64,000 bases of DNA from Geosiphon pyriformis uo1 (GCA_016748015.1 JAAOMT010000135.1:571960-635959), one strand, 5' to 3'. Positions 13,400 to 26,967 are shown, counted from the first letter of the stretch. Notes: a model not told the origin generated them from the letters alone. Numbers and translations are program-made.

Positions 13400-16300
13400 T
13401 AGTCACAATGAGAGTGAGATATTGCCAAAGAAAAAAAATTTTTTCTACTCTCTTTTCCCTTTATATTCTCAACTATTTCTTCAAATGTACCTTTATTTAT
13501 AAACATAAAACTGGTAAGTCCTGCTGCTAGTGGTTTTAGATCTACTTCTGCTGGTTTGGAGACCTGGCCTGATGCAAAAAAAAAGAGAGTTAATAGTGTA
13601 TACTCTCATAGTGCATCTTACAAAAAGCCTAAGAATCCTAAAGTTAGTATTGGTGTGATTGACTTGTCTGCTGGCTCATTGAACATGGCCAATATTGGTG
13701 ATGTTGGCAGTAAGTTTTCAAAATCTTGGAGCAGTAAAATAGAAAGCAAAGTAAGTAGCATAAGCAGCCTATTAGACTTAAAGAACATAAAAAATACCAT
13801 CACTAAGGAAACTAGTTATGCTAACTTGGACACTTCTGTAAACATTGACATAGAAGATGATATCACACCCAGGAAAATGCACACTTGCATTTATGTATTA
13901 AGTCAACTCCCAAAGACTTCTTTGTTCAACATATTAAGTGATAATGAGGATTTGATGACTCTTCCGTCTCCTAAGTTTGCAGGCTTCAAAAAATTGCACT
14001 CTGTTAGATCACGTGTATTGGATAAGCATATTTTTGATCCAGTTAAGTCATTTGTATTAGATATTAAGATTTTTGTCTTGTCTGACAAGACCATTGATGA
14101 CAAATTAATTGCTATAAAAAAAATGTTTTATTGAGTCAATGGTTTTGAAAAGAGCATCTGCTCCTTCAAAATTCTCTAACATCATTAGATCTTCTTTTAC
14201 TTCTGAATTAAGTTTAATTAAAGCCAAGGAAATGGCTATCAGTGAGAAAATTTTGGTAAATATTAATGTTAGAAAACCAAATAGCCATTCAGATTGGGAA
14301 GTGATAGTCAAGGAGATTCTAATAGATCTTCCCAAATTGGCAATTGGGTCAGTATTTTCTAAATTTAGTAAGATGGTTTTGATTAAGATGCAACTGATTG
14401 GGCTTTGACAAAAGACTGTAATGGAATTTGAGTCATTAGATATGGCTAGCTCAATTGTTTTCAAATAGTCAGTTCTTGTGGGTAAAAATTCTGTTCATGT
14501 TGTATTGGCTGTAAATAACAAAGAGTCATGAGTAGTCAAAAATTATCATCAGGTGTTGTTGTATACTTTGCCAATAAGCATTACTGCTCATAATTTATCA
14601 GATTTGTTGGATTCATATGGTGGGAAAACTTGCTTCATTGGTCATAATCTTGTTTTATATGTTTATAATAAATGTGTAGTAATTTGTTTTGATAACGAGA
14701 CATCTAAATTGGCTGCCATTGATTCTGTTTTAGTCTATAAGAGTGTAAATTTACATTGGGCTGGTCTTTCTCTGATTTGTTATGCCAAGTGTAAACAATT
14801 TGGTTATGTTTCTGATGTGTGTTTGGTTGGTAAGAATTCTGGAGTTCATTATAAGTGGGTGGTTTCTTCTCAGGATTAGGTCTGTCTGGCTAATATTTAT
14901 AAGAAGAAGCAAGTTTCAGTTGTCCATTCGGTATCTTTTGGTGGTAAAACTTGGGCTCAAATTGCAGATAACTCACCCTTTCATGTGGCTTCATTAGTTT
15001 CTTCTGGTGCTGGTTTGACTTTAAATGCAAAACTTTTGATAATGGCTTCCAACTTTCTTAATAATTCTGGTTTGACTGACTGCATGGCTTTTTTGAAATG
15101 CTCCATGGAGCTTCTATCAGATCAAGTTTCTGAAATTTTGAGAAAATTAAGCTTTGTGGAATTGGTGCCAATGTTATTTTTATCTTGCATCCCCTTCTGT
15201 TGTTACTTTTTTTATGAACTCAGCTTTGAGTTTGAATATGGTTGTGGATAGCATGGTGGTGCTTTCTTCTTTTTCTCTTTTAGTGATTGAAAATGCTACC
15301 CTTAAACTAAGTTTGAGCAGCTCAAAGATTCTCACTACCAAGGTGGGTGGTTTAAAATCAAAAATGATGGCTTTGGAAGTTTCAGTTGGTTTGGTTTTGG
15401 TAAAATTGAATTCTTTATGTTCTAGTTTGGGTTTGTCAGCTCCTTTTCTATCTCAATGATTGATTAATTTGGAAAATTGCTACATGCAATGTTAGAGGAA
15501 TAAATAATCCTGTGAAGCAGAGTAATATAATTTGTTGGCATAAAGAAATAAACAATTTGATTTTCATTGTTACTGAGACAAAATTAAAAGATAAAGTTTG
15601 TCCATGGATCATGAACAGATTTGATGGTATCTATGTTTTCACTTCTGGGATAGATTCTGGTTACTTGAGTTCAGACATAGCTATTATTATAGACAATTCT
15701 TTGGCCTGTCATGTGTGCAAAGTTTCTGAAGTGCCTGGTCAGATCCTTTGTGTCAAGTTGTTTTTTAAGAATAAACTTTCTGTGTTAATTTTGGGGCTGT
15801 ATGCTGGTGCTTCTTTAGTGGTTTGGTTTTCTCAGACTGTAAACAAGTCTTCTTTTGTCATTCTTGGCAGTGACTTTAATAAAAATAAATCTTGTAAATG
15901 TGCCAGTTTTAAGAAGTACTTTGATTTGGGTCTGGTCAACTCTTTGGCTGAAAGTGCATTTGCCAAGATACTTACATGGTGTAATTCTCATGGAGTTGTT
16001 AAGACAATTAATTATGTGTTTGTTTCTTTGAATTTGGTCAATGTAATAGGAAATCATAATGTGGTTGGTGTTGTGGATTATTTTGATACTAATTATGCGG
16101 CTGTTTCTATTTCTGTGAGTCTGGGTGGTTTGTTGGATGTTCAGCTGTCCTCACTGTACAAGCAGGCAAACAAAGATTGTTGGAAGTATAACATCAAGAG
16201 TGCTGATAGAAGAAAGTGGTGTGAGTTTAGAAATGCCACAGCTGTTAATACTACTATGTTTTCAAGTAAATTTGTGATGGCTGAGAGGTCTTCGGATTTG

Positions 16301-19300
16301 GATGCAATGTGAAACATTGTTTGTGGAGTCATGGTTTCCTCAGCTGATAGGACATTTAAGAGAAAATGGTTCAAAAGTTATAACAGAGTTTTTACCAAGG
16401 TGTCTTTTAAATTTCATAAACTAGAGTTGCTGGTATCCAGGTTGGTAAAAGCTTCTTGTTTGGTTTTAAGTAATGATTTTGTTTCATTGTTGGGTACATG
16501 AGACAGACTTGACTCTAGTGGTGCAGCAGAAGTGAAATCTCTTTTTTTTTTAGGTTCTACTTTTGATGCTATTTGTTTTGGGTTGGTTAAAGCAAGAAAG
16601 TTTTACCATTCTTCCAAGTTACTGGAATTCAAGCATGCTGAAGAATTTCTTATCAAGTGGGCCATTACCAGTAAAATAGAAAGTTTTGAATTAAATAAAG
16701 ATCATATCATTAGAAGTGTGTTAGAGCATTCTTTTTGTAAGGTTGTATTGGATCATTTAGTTGTAGGTGATGAGTTGGTTTTGGAGCCTGATTTGGTTAG
16801 GTCTAGAGTGGATGAAATTATGAAAAATTGGACCAGAAAACATGGGATAGTGTCCGATATCTCTGATAATTGAACTTGCCAATATTAGTCTTTGGATTAT
16901 GTTTTCAATGGTGCATTTTCCAGTGTAATGTGTTCAATTAATTCTGATGAATTGTTTGCTGTGGTTTCAGATCTGCTTGATGGAAAAGTGGCTGGGCTTT
17001 CTGGCATCTCTAATAAATTGTGAAAACACTGTGACAACTTAGTCTTGGCTATGCTTTCTGTGCTCTTGAATCTGTGTCTGATTTGTGAATTAGTATTTGG
17101 GTCTTGGAAAAAAGCTTGGGTTTCAATAATTCTTAAGCTATATGAATGGGAAGATGTTCTTACAAATACTTGTTCTATTGTTTTGATCAAAATGGCTTGC
17201 AAAATTCTTTTCAAGATACTTTCAGACAGGATTTTTTTAGCTTGCAGTATTTATGATGTTTTACATGGAAACAATTTCTCTGTGTTAAAAGGTATGACAA
17301 TGCAATCACCTATTTTTGCCATCAGTTCAGTGATAGAGGATGTATTGAAGAAGAACCAAGAACTGTGACTGGTTTTGCAAAACATACATAAGGCCTATGA
17401 CTCTGTTGGTTAGAAATATCTTAGGAGGAGTTTGGTTAGAATCAAAATATGCAACAGGTTTGTTAGATTTTTTGGTAATATTTACAATGGTCGAATTAAC
17501 AAAGTGATGACAAACTTTGGCTTAACTGATGGGTATCATGTTCATAATAATTTGGACCAAAGAAAGGTGTTTTGCCTCTTTTTTGGCACATATTTTATGA
17601 CTTGCTTCTGTGTAAAGTCAAAAGACAGAAGAGTATGTATGGTTACAGATTAAACTCTCATTTTGTTTTCAAGTCTGGCTGGATGGAATCTCAGACTGGA
17701 TTGACATCATTTTTTGCTGCTGGTGCTTTTGTTGATAATACAATTTGAGTTGGTAGTAGTCAGACTGCTACACAACACATCTTCAATGTTGCTAGTGAAT
17801 TCTTTAAGTTTAATAATATTTCCATAAATAATGACAAAACTGTGGTCATCCCCATTAACTGTTGAGTTTCAAACTCTTATCTGACTGTTAGTGGTTTGCC
17901 TATTTCTGTCGCCAAAAAGAAGGAACCTCATCATTATTTGGGTATTTTTTTGTCCTCTGAGGGTCTGTCAAAACTTAGCCTGGCTAAAACATATTCGGAT
18001 GTTCAATTTTTCATCAATCTTGTTCTAAGAAAAATGATTTTAGATAAACAGTTTGCATATTTGGTGTCAGCAGTCTTTTTCTCTATTGTCAATTACAGGA
18101 CCCAATTCAGTTTTGTTCCTATTAGTGTTTGTAATAAATGGGATGCTATGATTCACAGGGGCTTGAAGTTTAGGTCTGGTCTTCCACATGATTTCCTTAT
18201 TGATACAGTCTATCATCTTTCCTTGTATGATTTAAAAACTTTTAAACAAATTCAGGCTGAGAGCAAATTGGCTTCCATTATTTCTTTTGCAAATTTATTG
18301 GGTATTTTGGGTTGGTTATTTTCTTACAGATCTCATGATTTTTAAATTTTTAGCTGGTGTTCTTGCCACCCTCTCCAATTTCTGGCTTGTGTTAGAGTCA
18401 ACTCTTCAAACAATTTTTTGGCTGGTATGGTCTGTATTTTTTCTGGATGTGATTTGTCCTTAAGTGGTTCTCCAGCCAGTGTGTTTCATTATCAGGGTGG
18501 TACTTCTATGTCTCTTGTTCTTGGTGGGCTTAATTATTTTAAGTATGTTTTTTCTCTTTGGCAGTATGGAGTTGCTTTTGTAAATCAGCTGTATGACAAG
18601 CATGATAATGTTCTTGGTTGGCCAACTTTCAAGCAGTGAAAGTAACTGAACTTTCATGGTCCTGTTCCTATCTAGTTTGAGTTTTTTGTTCATTTTCTTG
18701 GTGGTAGGACTTCTCTTTTTGTTTGTTCTCCACTTCTGAATGTCTTTTCTGATGTTTTTTGGTCTCATAATTTTGGTGTTATTGAAGTCAATTTGTTATA
18801 TGTTAATGCTGCTTGTCTTTCTGTGTACATGAATAGGTCTCTGAACAGTCTGAAAACTCCTGATGTGATGGCTGGTGCTGCTGTTTTTTTTGAGGACATT
18901 GATTTGGGTCTGGGTGTTAGAGTCTCTGGTTTGGTCTCTTCTACAATAGCAGAGTTGCAGGCCATTGCTCTGGCTCTCAAGTGTATTTTTTTTTTCTGTT
19001 CTGTTAACTTGTTTTCAGACAGCCAAGCTGCTCTGGATGCATGCAAGTCGGAGCTTGTGTTAGCTTGTCCGAATTTCAGAAATCAGTGTTGGGTTGAGCA
19101 TTACTATATTGTTAATGTCATTTGCCACAAGAATTTGGATGTAAATTGGATTAAAGTTAAAGGTCATTCTGGTGTCTCTGGCAATGAGCATGCTGATGCT
19201 TTAGCTAGGACTGCTGTTTTCTCTGATAGGTGCCTACCTCATATGATCAGCAAACAATTTTTTTAAGCTGATGGTGTAACAGTTTTTGGTAATTCTTAAC

Positions 19301-20238
19301 ATTTTGTTCATAATATTTTCTGATCTATTCACCATATATGTTGGGAGATTGGTTCTGGTTTTCATATTCTGATGGATAGCCTGTATGCTGATATAGATTA
19401 ATCCAGATCTTTGTTGGTGTGGCATCCTGACTCTCACTTGGCTGTTGGTTTTACCAATGCATACACTGCTGGCTTTTGTTTATATTTTATGAAGGCATTA
19501 TATTATTGTCTACCTATTACAGTATGTAAGCAACTTTATAATAAGTGTTACTTTAATGTGGTGTGTTTGTTTTGTGGAGATGTTGAGGTCTTGTACCATG
19601 TTTTTTCTTGCTCTTTTGATGCTGCTGGTCATGCCCAGTTGATAAAAGCTTATGTGTTTACTTGGGAAACATGCTCAGGTTTATTTCGCTCTTTTTCTTG
19701 TGTCTTGCAGTTATTATATATTTGTGTTTTCAATGTTGTTATTGGTACAGCTCTGTATAAAGACTTTGTTTTCAAGGATTGGTATCGTGAATTTGTTTCC
19801 ATTTTTAAAGACCCTAAAGTTGCAGCTCAGAATATTGTTTCTTTTGTGTGCAAATTCTGTCTTGCTTTTGAGGATAATATTTGGCTGGTGCATATCAAAC
19901 ACTGGGCTATTATGGAGAAAGGTGGCTTGATCTCACAGAATGGTTCTGCTTCTGTTCCAGTTTCTGGTCTTCCAGTGGTGCTCTTGGCTGGTATGATTAG
20001 GTTATTGGATATTGCTGATGTGTTTGGTATTAGTTTTGAATTTTGTAAGTTTTGTTAGTTTTTTTCAGGTATTGAGGACATAGTCTCTGTTCATATAAGT
20101 GTCTAGTGTTGTTTTAATTAGCCTGAGTGGCTGGTCATGTGTAGCAAATGCATGATTTACACCTAGTTTAGATTATTAATGTAATATATAATACTAGGCT
20201 GCATTTGGACTTCACTTATTAAATGATAAAAAAAAAAA
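13400..20238 (+). mobile_element. LINE copy 2: near full length, inactivated; ORF1 ~13510-15459, ORF2 ~15456-20106, poly(A) tail 20228-20238
   Basis: APE (ETKLK, GLYAG, DFN), RT (KAYDSVG, AFVDNT), RNase H (ELQAIALAL, SDSQAAL, KVKGHSGVSGNEHADALA) and CLFCGDVE..HVFSC zinc finger, with many stops. The conserved 3' UTR is followed by A11. The 5' boundary is approximate. Confidence 0.9.
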
Positions 20239-20506
20239 TTTTATTAATAATAATATTATTAAGTTGTTTATAAACCAATAAAATTATTAAGTTAATTAAG
20301 CTGTTAATATTTAAATAATTATAGTTAATAAAACCACAAAATATTTATTAAAAAATTAATAGAATTATTATTTTTATTAAAGTTTTTATTATAAAAATTA
20401 TTTAATATTAACTCTTAATTAAAAATAATTGGCTAACAAAAATCAATATTATTTTTAATTAAAACATTTAAAAATTTTAATTTATATTTAATTTTAATAT
20501 ATTTGA

Positions 20507-20507
<1 letters not shown>

Positions 20508-20551
<44 letters not shown>
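20508..20551. repeat. (TTA)n/(AAT)n microsatellite forming the 3' tail of the old minus-strand LINE
   Basis: About 14 perfect units. The adjacent 20552-20690, reverse-complemented, matches the decayed LINE 3' UTR. Confidence 0.85.
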
Positions 20552-20809
20552 TTTTATTATATTTAATAAATAAAATTCAAACACTACTTAATATAATATA
20601 TTAAACTAAATGTAAATTATGTATTTATTTATATATAACCAACTATTTAAACCAATAAAAACAACACTATATATCTATATATACAGAAATTATGTCTTTA
20701 ATATCAAAAAAAAACAAACAAAATTTATATATACTAAAATTAACTTCAAAAGTCTTAGCAATTCTAAATAGCTTTATTATACTATCAGATAGTACAGAAA
20801 ACAAACCAG

Positions 20810-21764
20810 TATTACCAGTAGAATTTTAGTTATTAATTAGCATGAAATTACCCTTCTAATTTCTAACATTAATTAGTATATATTATTATCATTTTAATTA
20901 TTACTTATTAGTTAAATCAAATTATCAAATATTATTATTTAATTAATAACCTGATTTGTACTATAGAAATTAAAATAATTAAATTACACAATATCTTGAA
21001 CTATTTAATATTCAAAAATTCGCCGAAATTAATAGAAATTAGCTAAAATAATCAATAGTTTGTAGAAATAATTTGTAGTTTGCCGAAATGTATTTTTAGT
21101 TTGCTGAAATTATAGCAAAGGAAAAAATGCAAATTCAAAGACTAGTACTATAACAAGTTGTATAAAAAAAGAGCTTTTCTTTTCAAAAAAATGTATCTTA
21201 TCTTTTATCAGATATCTTAGTTAGAAACAATTATCCCTTACACATCTTTACAAATCAAATAAAATAAATATTCAAAAAATTGAATTCTTAATTATTTATT
21301 TAAAATTTACAAAATCCAACTAACGTTTTAAAATTGATTAACTACTAATTTCAATAATCTATTAGTGATTTCAGGCCTGGATAAGGAACATTTCCCTTGA
21401 TAAAATTCTATTTTTTTTACATTTCCTTTATTTTTTTTTATTTTTTTTATTATAATTATTAGGATAGCCTACATACAAGATTTCTGTAAAAAAGTTGACT
21501 TTTACAGCAAAGTAACTACACATTTTTAGTGAACTTCCAGATGAGCAATTTTTGAGAAAGAGTTAACATTTACTACAATGTAATTACATAAAATAACTGG
21601 CACAGAATTGATTATTCTACTTATAAGCCCAGCAGTTCAAATTATAAAAAATAATTTAAAGATAAATTCAGTTATTAAAGGTTTACTAGTTTCCAAAAAA
21701 CGTGAATTTACAACAAACAGACATTAACAACATTAAAAAAAAAGACCAAAAACCTCTAGTAACA
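20810..21764 (+). repeat. Solo LTR of gypsy family A, opposite orientation to the full-length element
   Basis: Reverse-complement homology to 25350-26321 over ~950 bp. Ends TATTACCAG...CTAGTAACA. Both flanks continue the same LINE reading frame. Decayed 4-bp TSD CCAG/CTAA. Confidence 0.85.
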
Positions 21765-24291
21765 CTAACAACAACTATAAAAATAGTTTTATTATGTAAA
21801 ATAAAACCACTTTTTTTTATAAAAATCTGATACTTAGAACAAACAAGCCAAATATTATTTTTATAGACCAATTCAAAACTACAAATAAAATTCACAATTA
21901 TATTACTAACAATTTTAACATTCTTAAAAATCAAAAAACTCTTAAAACCAGTTTTTAAAAACAAATTTCTTATACAAAGCTAAATATATTAAAATATTAA
22001 AAAAGCATAAAAAAGGTAATTATAAAATACATAAAAAAAATTTGAACAAATTTAAAGATTTTTTCCAAATAATAACATAAAAATTTAAAAGTTTTTTGTA
22101 TGTTTTACTATTTAATTTATAAGAAAAACATAATTCAAAAACTCAACATTCTCATAAAACAAACACAAAACATTATAATATTATTTATTATATAGATGTT
22201 TACAAATAGTTACAAACTATTTATAATATAAAGCTTTTATAAAATAAGAATATATTTTGATCATAAATTTTGTTAACATATAAAAATTAGAGTATTATAC
22301 AAACAAAAACTTAACTTAGTTTATATTTTTAAACAAGTTAGCATTTAAGACATAAACATCAAATTTGATTTTTCAATAAACATAATAAATTACTTTATTA
22401 TCCTATAAGCAAAGTGTTTTGTATTTTCAAAAAAATCTTATTATCAGCTTTAATAAAATGTTTTTGTACATAAACTAAAAACACCATATTTAAGAACAAG
22501 ACAATACTAATTAGAACATTAGTTTTTAATTGTTTAAAATATCAGAATAGTCTTTAATTTTATACTAATTGACATTCAAATTTTTTTTTCTTATAATATT
22601 TATAATATGTTAATATTTAATCTAGCAGCAATTATAAAAATCTGGCAAAACCAAAACCAACTTCAAATAATATGTATTTAGTATTATTTGGCTGTTAAAA
22701 AACAACTTAATTATACAGAAAAAGAAAACATATTCTAAAGCAAGAGCTATAACCTACAATTTAACCAAAGTAAAAAACATTAGCCCAAATATTCTAATAT
22801 TTAAATTCAAATTTATATTCTCAAAAAAAACTACAACATCAGCTTTTATTTCAATAGTACTTAAATTGTTAAAAAACTATCTGTATATACAAAAAAACAA
22901 GTTATGTTAGTATTCAAAAGCCAATTATAACTCATACTAAATCTATATAAATTATGCATATTTAAAGACTGAGATCTAACAATTAAAAACAAATTAAAAA
23001 AGCAAAAAACTGATTTATTTAAAAATCTGACTGCAAATTTAAACCAATAAGAAACAAAACTTTAAAAGTTTAGCTTTTTCTAATATTTGAAAATTTCCTA
23101 ATTAAAAACATCATTTTTTTTTATTAAACAACTGTTTAACAAAAACTATATTAAACTGTTTAAAAAAACATAATACTCTAAAAAAAACAGAATTATCCAA
23201 GACAATTAATATTAAAATTCTATTTTGAAAGTAAAAAACTAAACACAAAAAATTATTCAAAAACAGATTATAATTATAAAGAATACAAATCATACCAGCC
23301 AAAAAGTTGTTTAATTAACTAATCTTAAAACATATCAAAAAACATAAAAAATAACAGAACAATTAGTTTAAAACCTACAAATTATGAGATTTATAAGTAA
23401 ACAAACAATTTAAAACACTATATATATTTAAAAAACTTAGTATAAATACTAATTTATTCTTAATTTATATTTGTTTAAAAATCTTTAAGTTATATAGAAA
23501 AAAATAATAAATTGTATTATTTAAAAAATTCAAAGACAAGCAAAATTTAGATTTTAGGTTTTTATAGATTATAGTATTTTATTTATTTTATACTTTATTA
23601 AAAATAAAACTAAATTAAGTCTTATAATTAATAATAAGATAAAATATTATTGAGATTAAATATAAAAACTATTTGTTAAATATAGTCTTTTTTAGAACTT
23701 TGTTAGCAAAAAATTTAATATTTAAATGAATCTTAACTAAACTAAGCTTTAATAAGTTGTTTATTAAAAAAAAAATACCCAAATATATGTGAAATTTTTT
23801 ATTTTTAATTATTGAAATTAGTAAACTATTGGTCAACAAAAAAAAATTTACAACTCTATAGTTTATTAAAATGATTACTATTTTGTTATTATTAATTAAA
23901 ATATTATTGATCCAAAAAAACTTACTTGTAATATTTAAAATATATTAAATTGTAGCTTAATTATTATTTATTTAAATAGTATTATTATTAACAAATATAT
24001 TAATAACAAAAAAATATATAAAACCAGTCTAACTTTTTACATTTCTTATTTTAGTCACAAATTTGAAATTAATCTTATATTCACATATATTTTTTTGCTT
24101 CTTAACTTTACATAAAAAAAATTGTAGAAAATATGCCAGAAAAAAAAAAGAATATCTTACTTTAATTTAAACTATTAAGTATTTAATATTCATTAATCAA
24201 GCCAAAATCAGACATAATATTATTAACTTAATTATTGTAAATATTACCAAAAAACTTAACAAATTTGCCATATATTTTAATATAAATTAAA

Positions 24292-25349
24292 TTCAGGAGT
24301 TTCAGGCAATGAGCATGCTGATGCGTTGGTTAGAGATGCTGTTCTCTCTGCTTGGCATCTTCCCCACTTAGTCAATAAGAGATTTATTAAGGCTGGTGGT
24401 GATGCAGTTTCTGGTAATTCTAGACACTTTGTTTGTGATGTTTTTAGGTCAATCCATTGTGCACACTGGGAGATTGGTTCCAGTTCTCAGATTGTTCCAG
24501 CTAGTTTGCGTGCTAATATTGATTGGCTGAGGTCTTTGCTGGTTTGACCTGGACTCTCACTTGGCTTTGGGTTTTACTAGTGTGCAAACTGTTGGCTTTT
24601 GGATGTACTTTATGAAGGCTTTTCACCATCAGCTCCCTGTTGCTGTGCAGAAGCATTTATATGATAGGAGTTATCTCAGTGTGGTGTGTTTGTTTTGTGG
24701 TAATATTGAAGTCTTGGACCATATTTTTTCTTGTCCATTTGAGGCTGCTGGTCGTGCTTGGCTGTTGGAAAATTATGCATTGGCTTGAGAAGTGTGCTTT
24801 GGCTTGGTTCGGTCTTTTTCGTGTGTCTCACAGTTGCTGTCCACCTGTGTTGTTGATGCTGCAGTTGGTACAGCTTTGTGTAAGGGCTTTGTTTTCAGTG
24901 GTTGGTTTTGTGAATCAGTTTCGGTTTTTAAGGATTCCAAGATTGCGACTTCAGTCATTGTGGATTTCATGCATGCATTCTGTCTCTCCTTTCGAAATGA
25001 TATTTGGCTGGTCCATGCTAAACACTGGGCTTTCATGGAGAAGAATGGGCTCATCCCACATAACAGTTTTGTTCCAGTTTTGGTTTTTGGTTCTATCTTG
25101 TTGTTTTCTTCTGGTGTAGTCAGATTGTTGGGTATTGGTGAGGCTTTTGGTGTTGGTTTCAGGTTTTGCAGGTCTTGTTTGTTTTTTTCAGGTATTAATG
25201 GTGTGGTCTCCATTTATATAGGTGCTTAGTGTTGTTCTGGTTGGCCTGAATGGCTGGTCACATATAGAAAATACATGATTTGCTCCTAGTTTAGATCATT
25301 TGAATAATGTATAGTACTAGATTGCATTTGGACTTCACTCATTAAACAT
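24292..25349 (+). mobile_element. 5'-truncated younger LINE (RNase H C-terminus, Zn finger, 3' UTR); its last bases and A-rich tail are displaced to 35192-35221 by the LTR element
   Basis: Starts abruptly at HSGVSGNEHADAL. Includes ORFs 24326-25229 and the 3' UTR ...GGACTTCACTCATTAAAC. After the LTR element, ACGTAATAAAAAATAAATAAA... completes the family 3' end. Confidence 0.85.
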
Positions 25350-26321
25350 TGTTACTGGAGGTTTTTGGTCTCTTCTTAGCTTTTATATGTTTGTTGTAAT
25401 GCTGTCAATTCATGACTATGGGAAGTGTTTGAACCTTTGATAACTGAATTTTTATCTTCAAATTATCTCCTATAATTTGAACTGCTGGGCTTATAAGTAG
25501 AATGGCCAATTTTATGCCAGTTGCTTTGTGTAGTTACATTGTAGTAAACATCAACTCTTTTTCAGGAATTGCTTGTCTGGAAGCTTACTAAAAATGTGTA
25601 GTTACTTTGCTGTAAAAGTCAACTTTTCTACAGGAATCTCGTCTGTAGGCTACTCTAATGATGATAATATGAAAATAAAAGAAAAATAAAAGAAAAGTAA
25701 AAAAATTGAATTTTGTTGAGGGAAATGTTTTCTATCTAGGCCTGGAGTTACTAACAGTTTTACTGAAATTGGTAGCTAATCAATTTCAAAACGTTAGTTG
25801 GGTTTTGGGAATTTTCCAAGTACAATAATTAAAGAATTTGGTTTTTCGAATTATTTGATATTTATTTCTTTTTGTGTATATAGAAATGGTTCTAAGTAAT
25901 AAATCTAAGGTAAGATACATTTTCTCGAAAAGAAAAGCTCTTCTTTTATACAACTTGTTGTAACACTATTCTATGAACTTGAGCTTTGCTATTTTCTATA
26001 ATTTCACTGAACTAAAGTTATATTTTGGCAAACTACAAGTTATTTCTGCAAACTATTAGATATTTCGGTGAACTATCAATTATTTTGGCAAATTCCTACA
26101 AATTTCAGTAAACTTTTTAAATGTTACATAGTTCGGAGTATTGTATGATTGATCATTGCAATTAAGTTACATTTGTGTTATGTACAAATTGGATTATTAA
26201 TTAAATGATAATTTCGGATATTTTGCTAATGTAATAAGTGATAATTTGAAATGCTAATTAATAATAAGAATTATAAAAGTAATTTTATGTTAAGCAATAT
26301 CTTTAATTTCATCTAGTAATA
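25350..26321 (-). repeat. 3' LTR, family A
   Basis: Direct repeat of 34221-35191. Plus-strand ends TGTTAC...TAGTAATA (decayed TGGTAACA). Confidence 0.95.
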
Positions 26322-26967
26322 TAACCTTCTCCTCAAGACTGAGTTCCATTAAAGTCCAAGTACTGTCTGTAATTTCCAGATAGTAATCCAAGATTATTGA
26401 AGAAATTTGATCTGAAAATTTTTGAAATTCCAGTTCTGTGAGCTTTCTAATGTATTGAATCTTCAAGGGTTGTAAAATTGGGTTTTGTAGGATGTTTTTA
26501 CAGGTGTGAAATAGGTCATAAAGTCTAAGAGCAGCTCTTAGTTTATAATGACTGTTTGTAGATCTAGCTGTTGTCTTAAATTCGTTGTGAAATTGTTTCT
26601 GAATAGCTTCTTTTGTGAGGTTTGCTGCTGTAAGCTCTCATTTTTGTTCGTGAAGTGTTTTTCCAATGTAGAAGTATCTATATATTGGAGTATAGTTGTA
26701 GTTTTCTTCGTTAAGACATAGTTAAAGCTTTTGTTGAATAGTAGTATTTGGTGGAATACTAATAGGAGTGAGCATTAAGTTTTCTCTTAAAACAAGCTTT
26801 AAAAGTTCTAACAGGTGAATTCCAGAATAACTTCTTGTGTTCTTCTTATATGGATGATATTTTCATGAATTTGGGGCTAAATTTGTAACTGCTTCTGTTT
26901 GGGTATAATTAATGTGGTTTTCAGTAATAGTAATAGATAATTTGAGTATTGTTTTTAAAACTAACAT
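26290..26967 (-). pseudogene. ORF3 of gypsy family A: ~225 aa protein of unknown function, not env-like; three premature stops
   Basis: Single frame, 678 nt, ATG to TAA with no frameshift: MLVLKTILK...PIYRYFYIGKTLHEQK*EL...KLRAALRLYDLFHTCKNIL...IQYIRKLTELEFQKF...EEKVILLDEIKDIA*. All three stops are one C-to-T away from CGA or CAA. Confidence 0.75.
26322..26334 (-). other. Polypurine tract (GAGGAGAAGG; GAGGAGGAGG in the sister copy)
   Basis: Purine run on the minus strand just upstream of the 3' LTR. Also present at 61638-61650. Confidence 0.8.

Larger units (their letters stand above)
20508..24291 (-). mobile_element. LINE copy 3, 3' part: old and heavily AT-decayed; interrupted by a solo LTR and by a younger LINE; continues at 35222
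   Basis: Decayed zinc-finger, RNase H and RT homology (e.g. ORF 23111-23302 AGMICIL..; 24241-24290 reads LIYIKIYGKFVKFFGNI, vs LVRIKMCxKFVRFFGNI). Confidence 0.75.

Noticed and set aside
26290-26967. ORF3 as an envelope gene
   Set aside because: Too short, with no evident signal peptide, cleavage site or transmembrane anchor.
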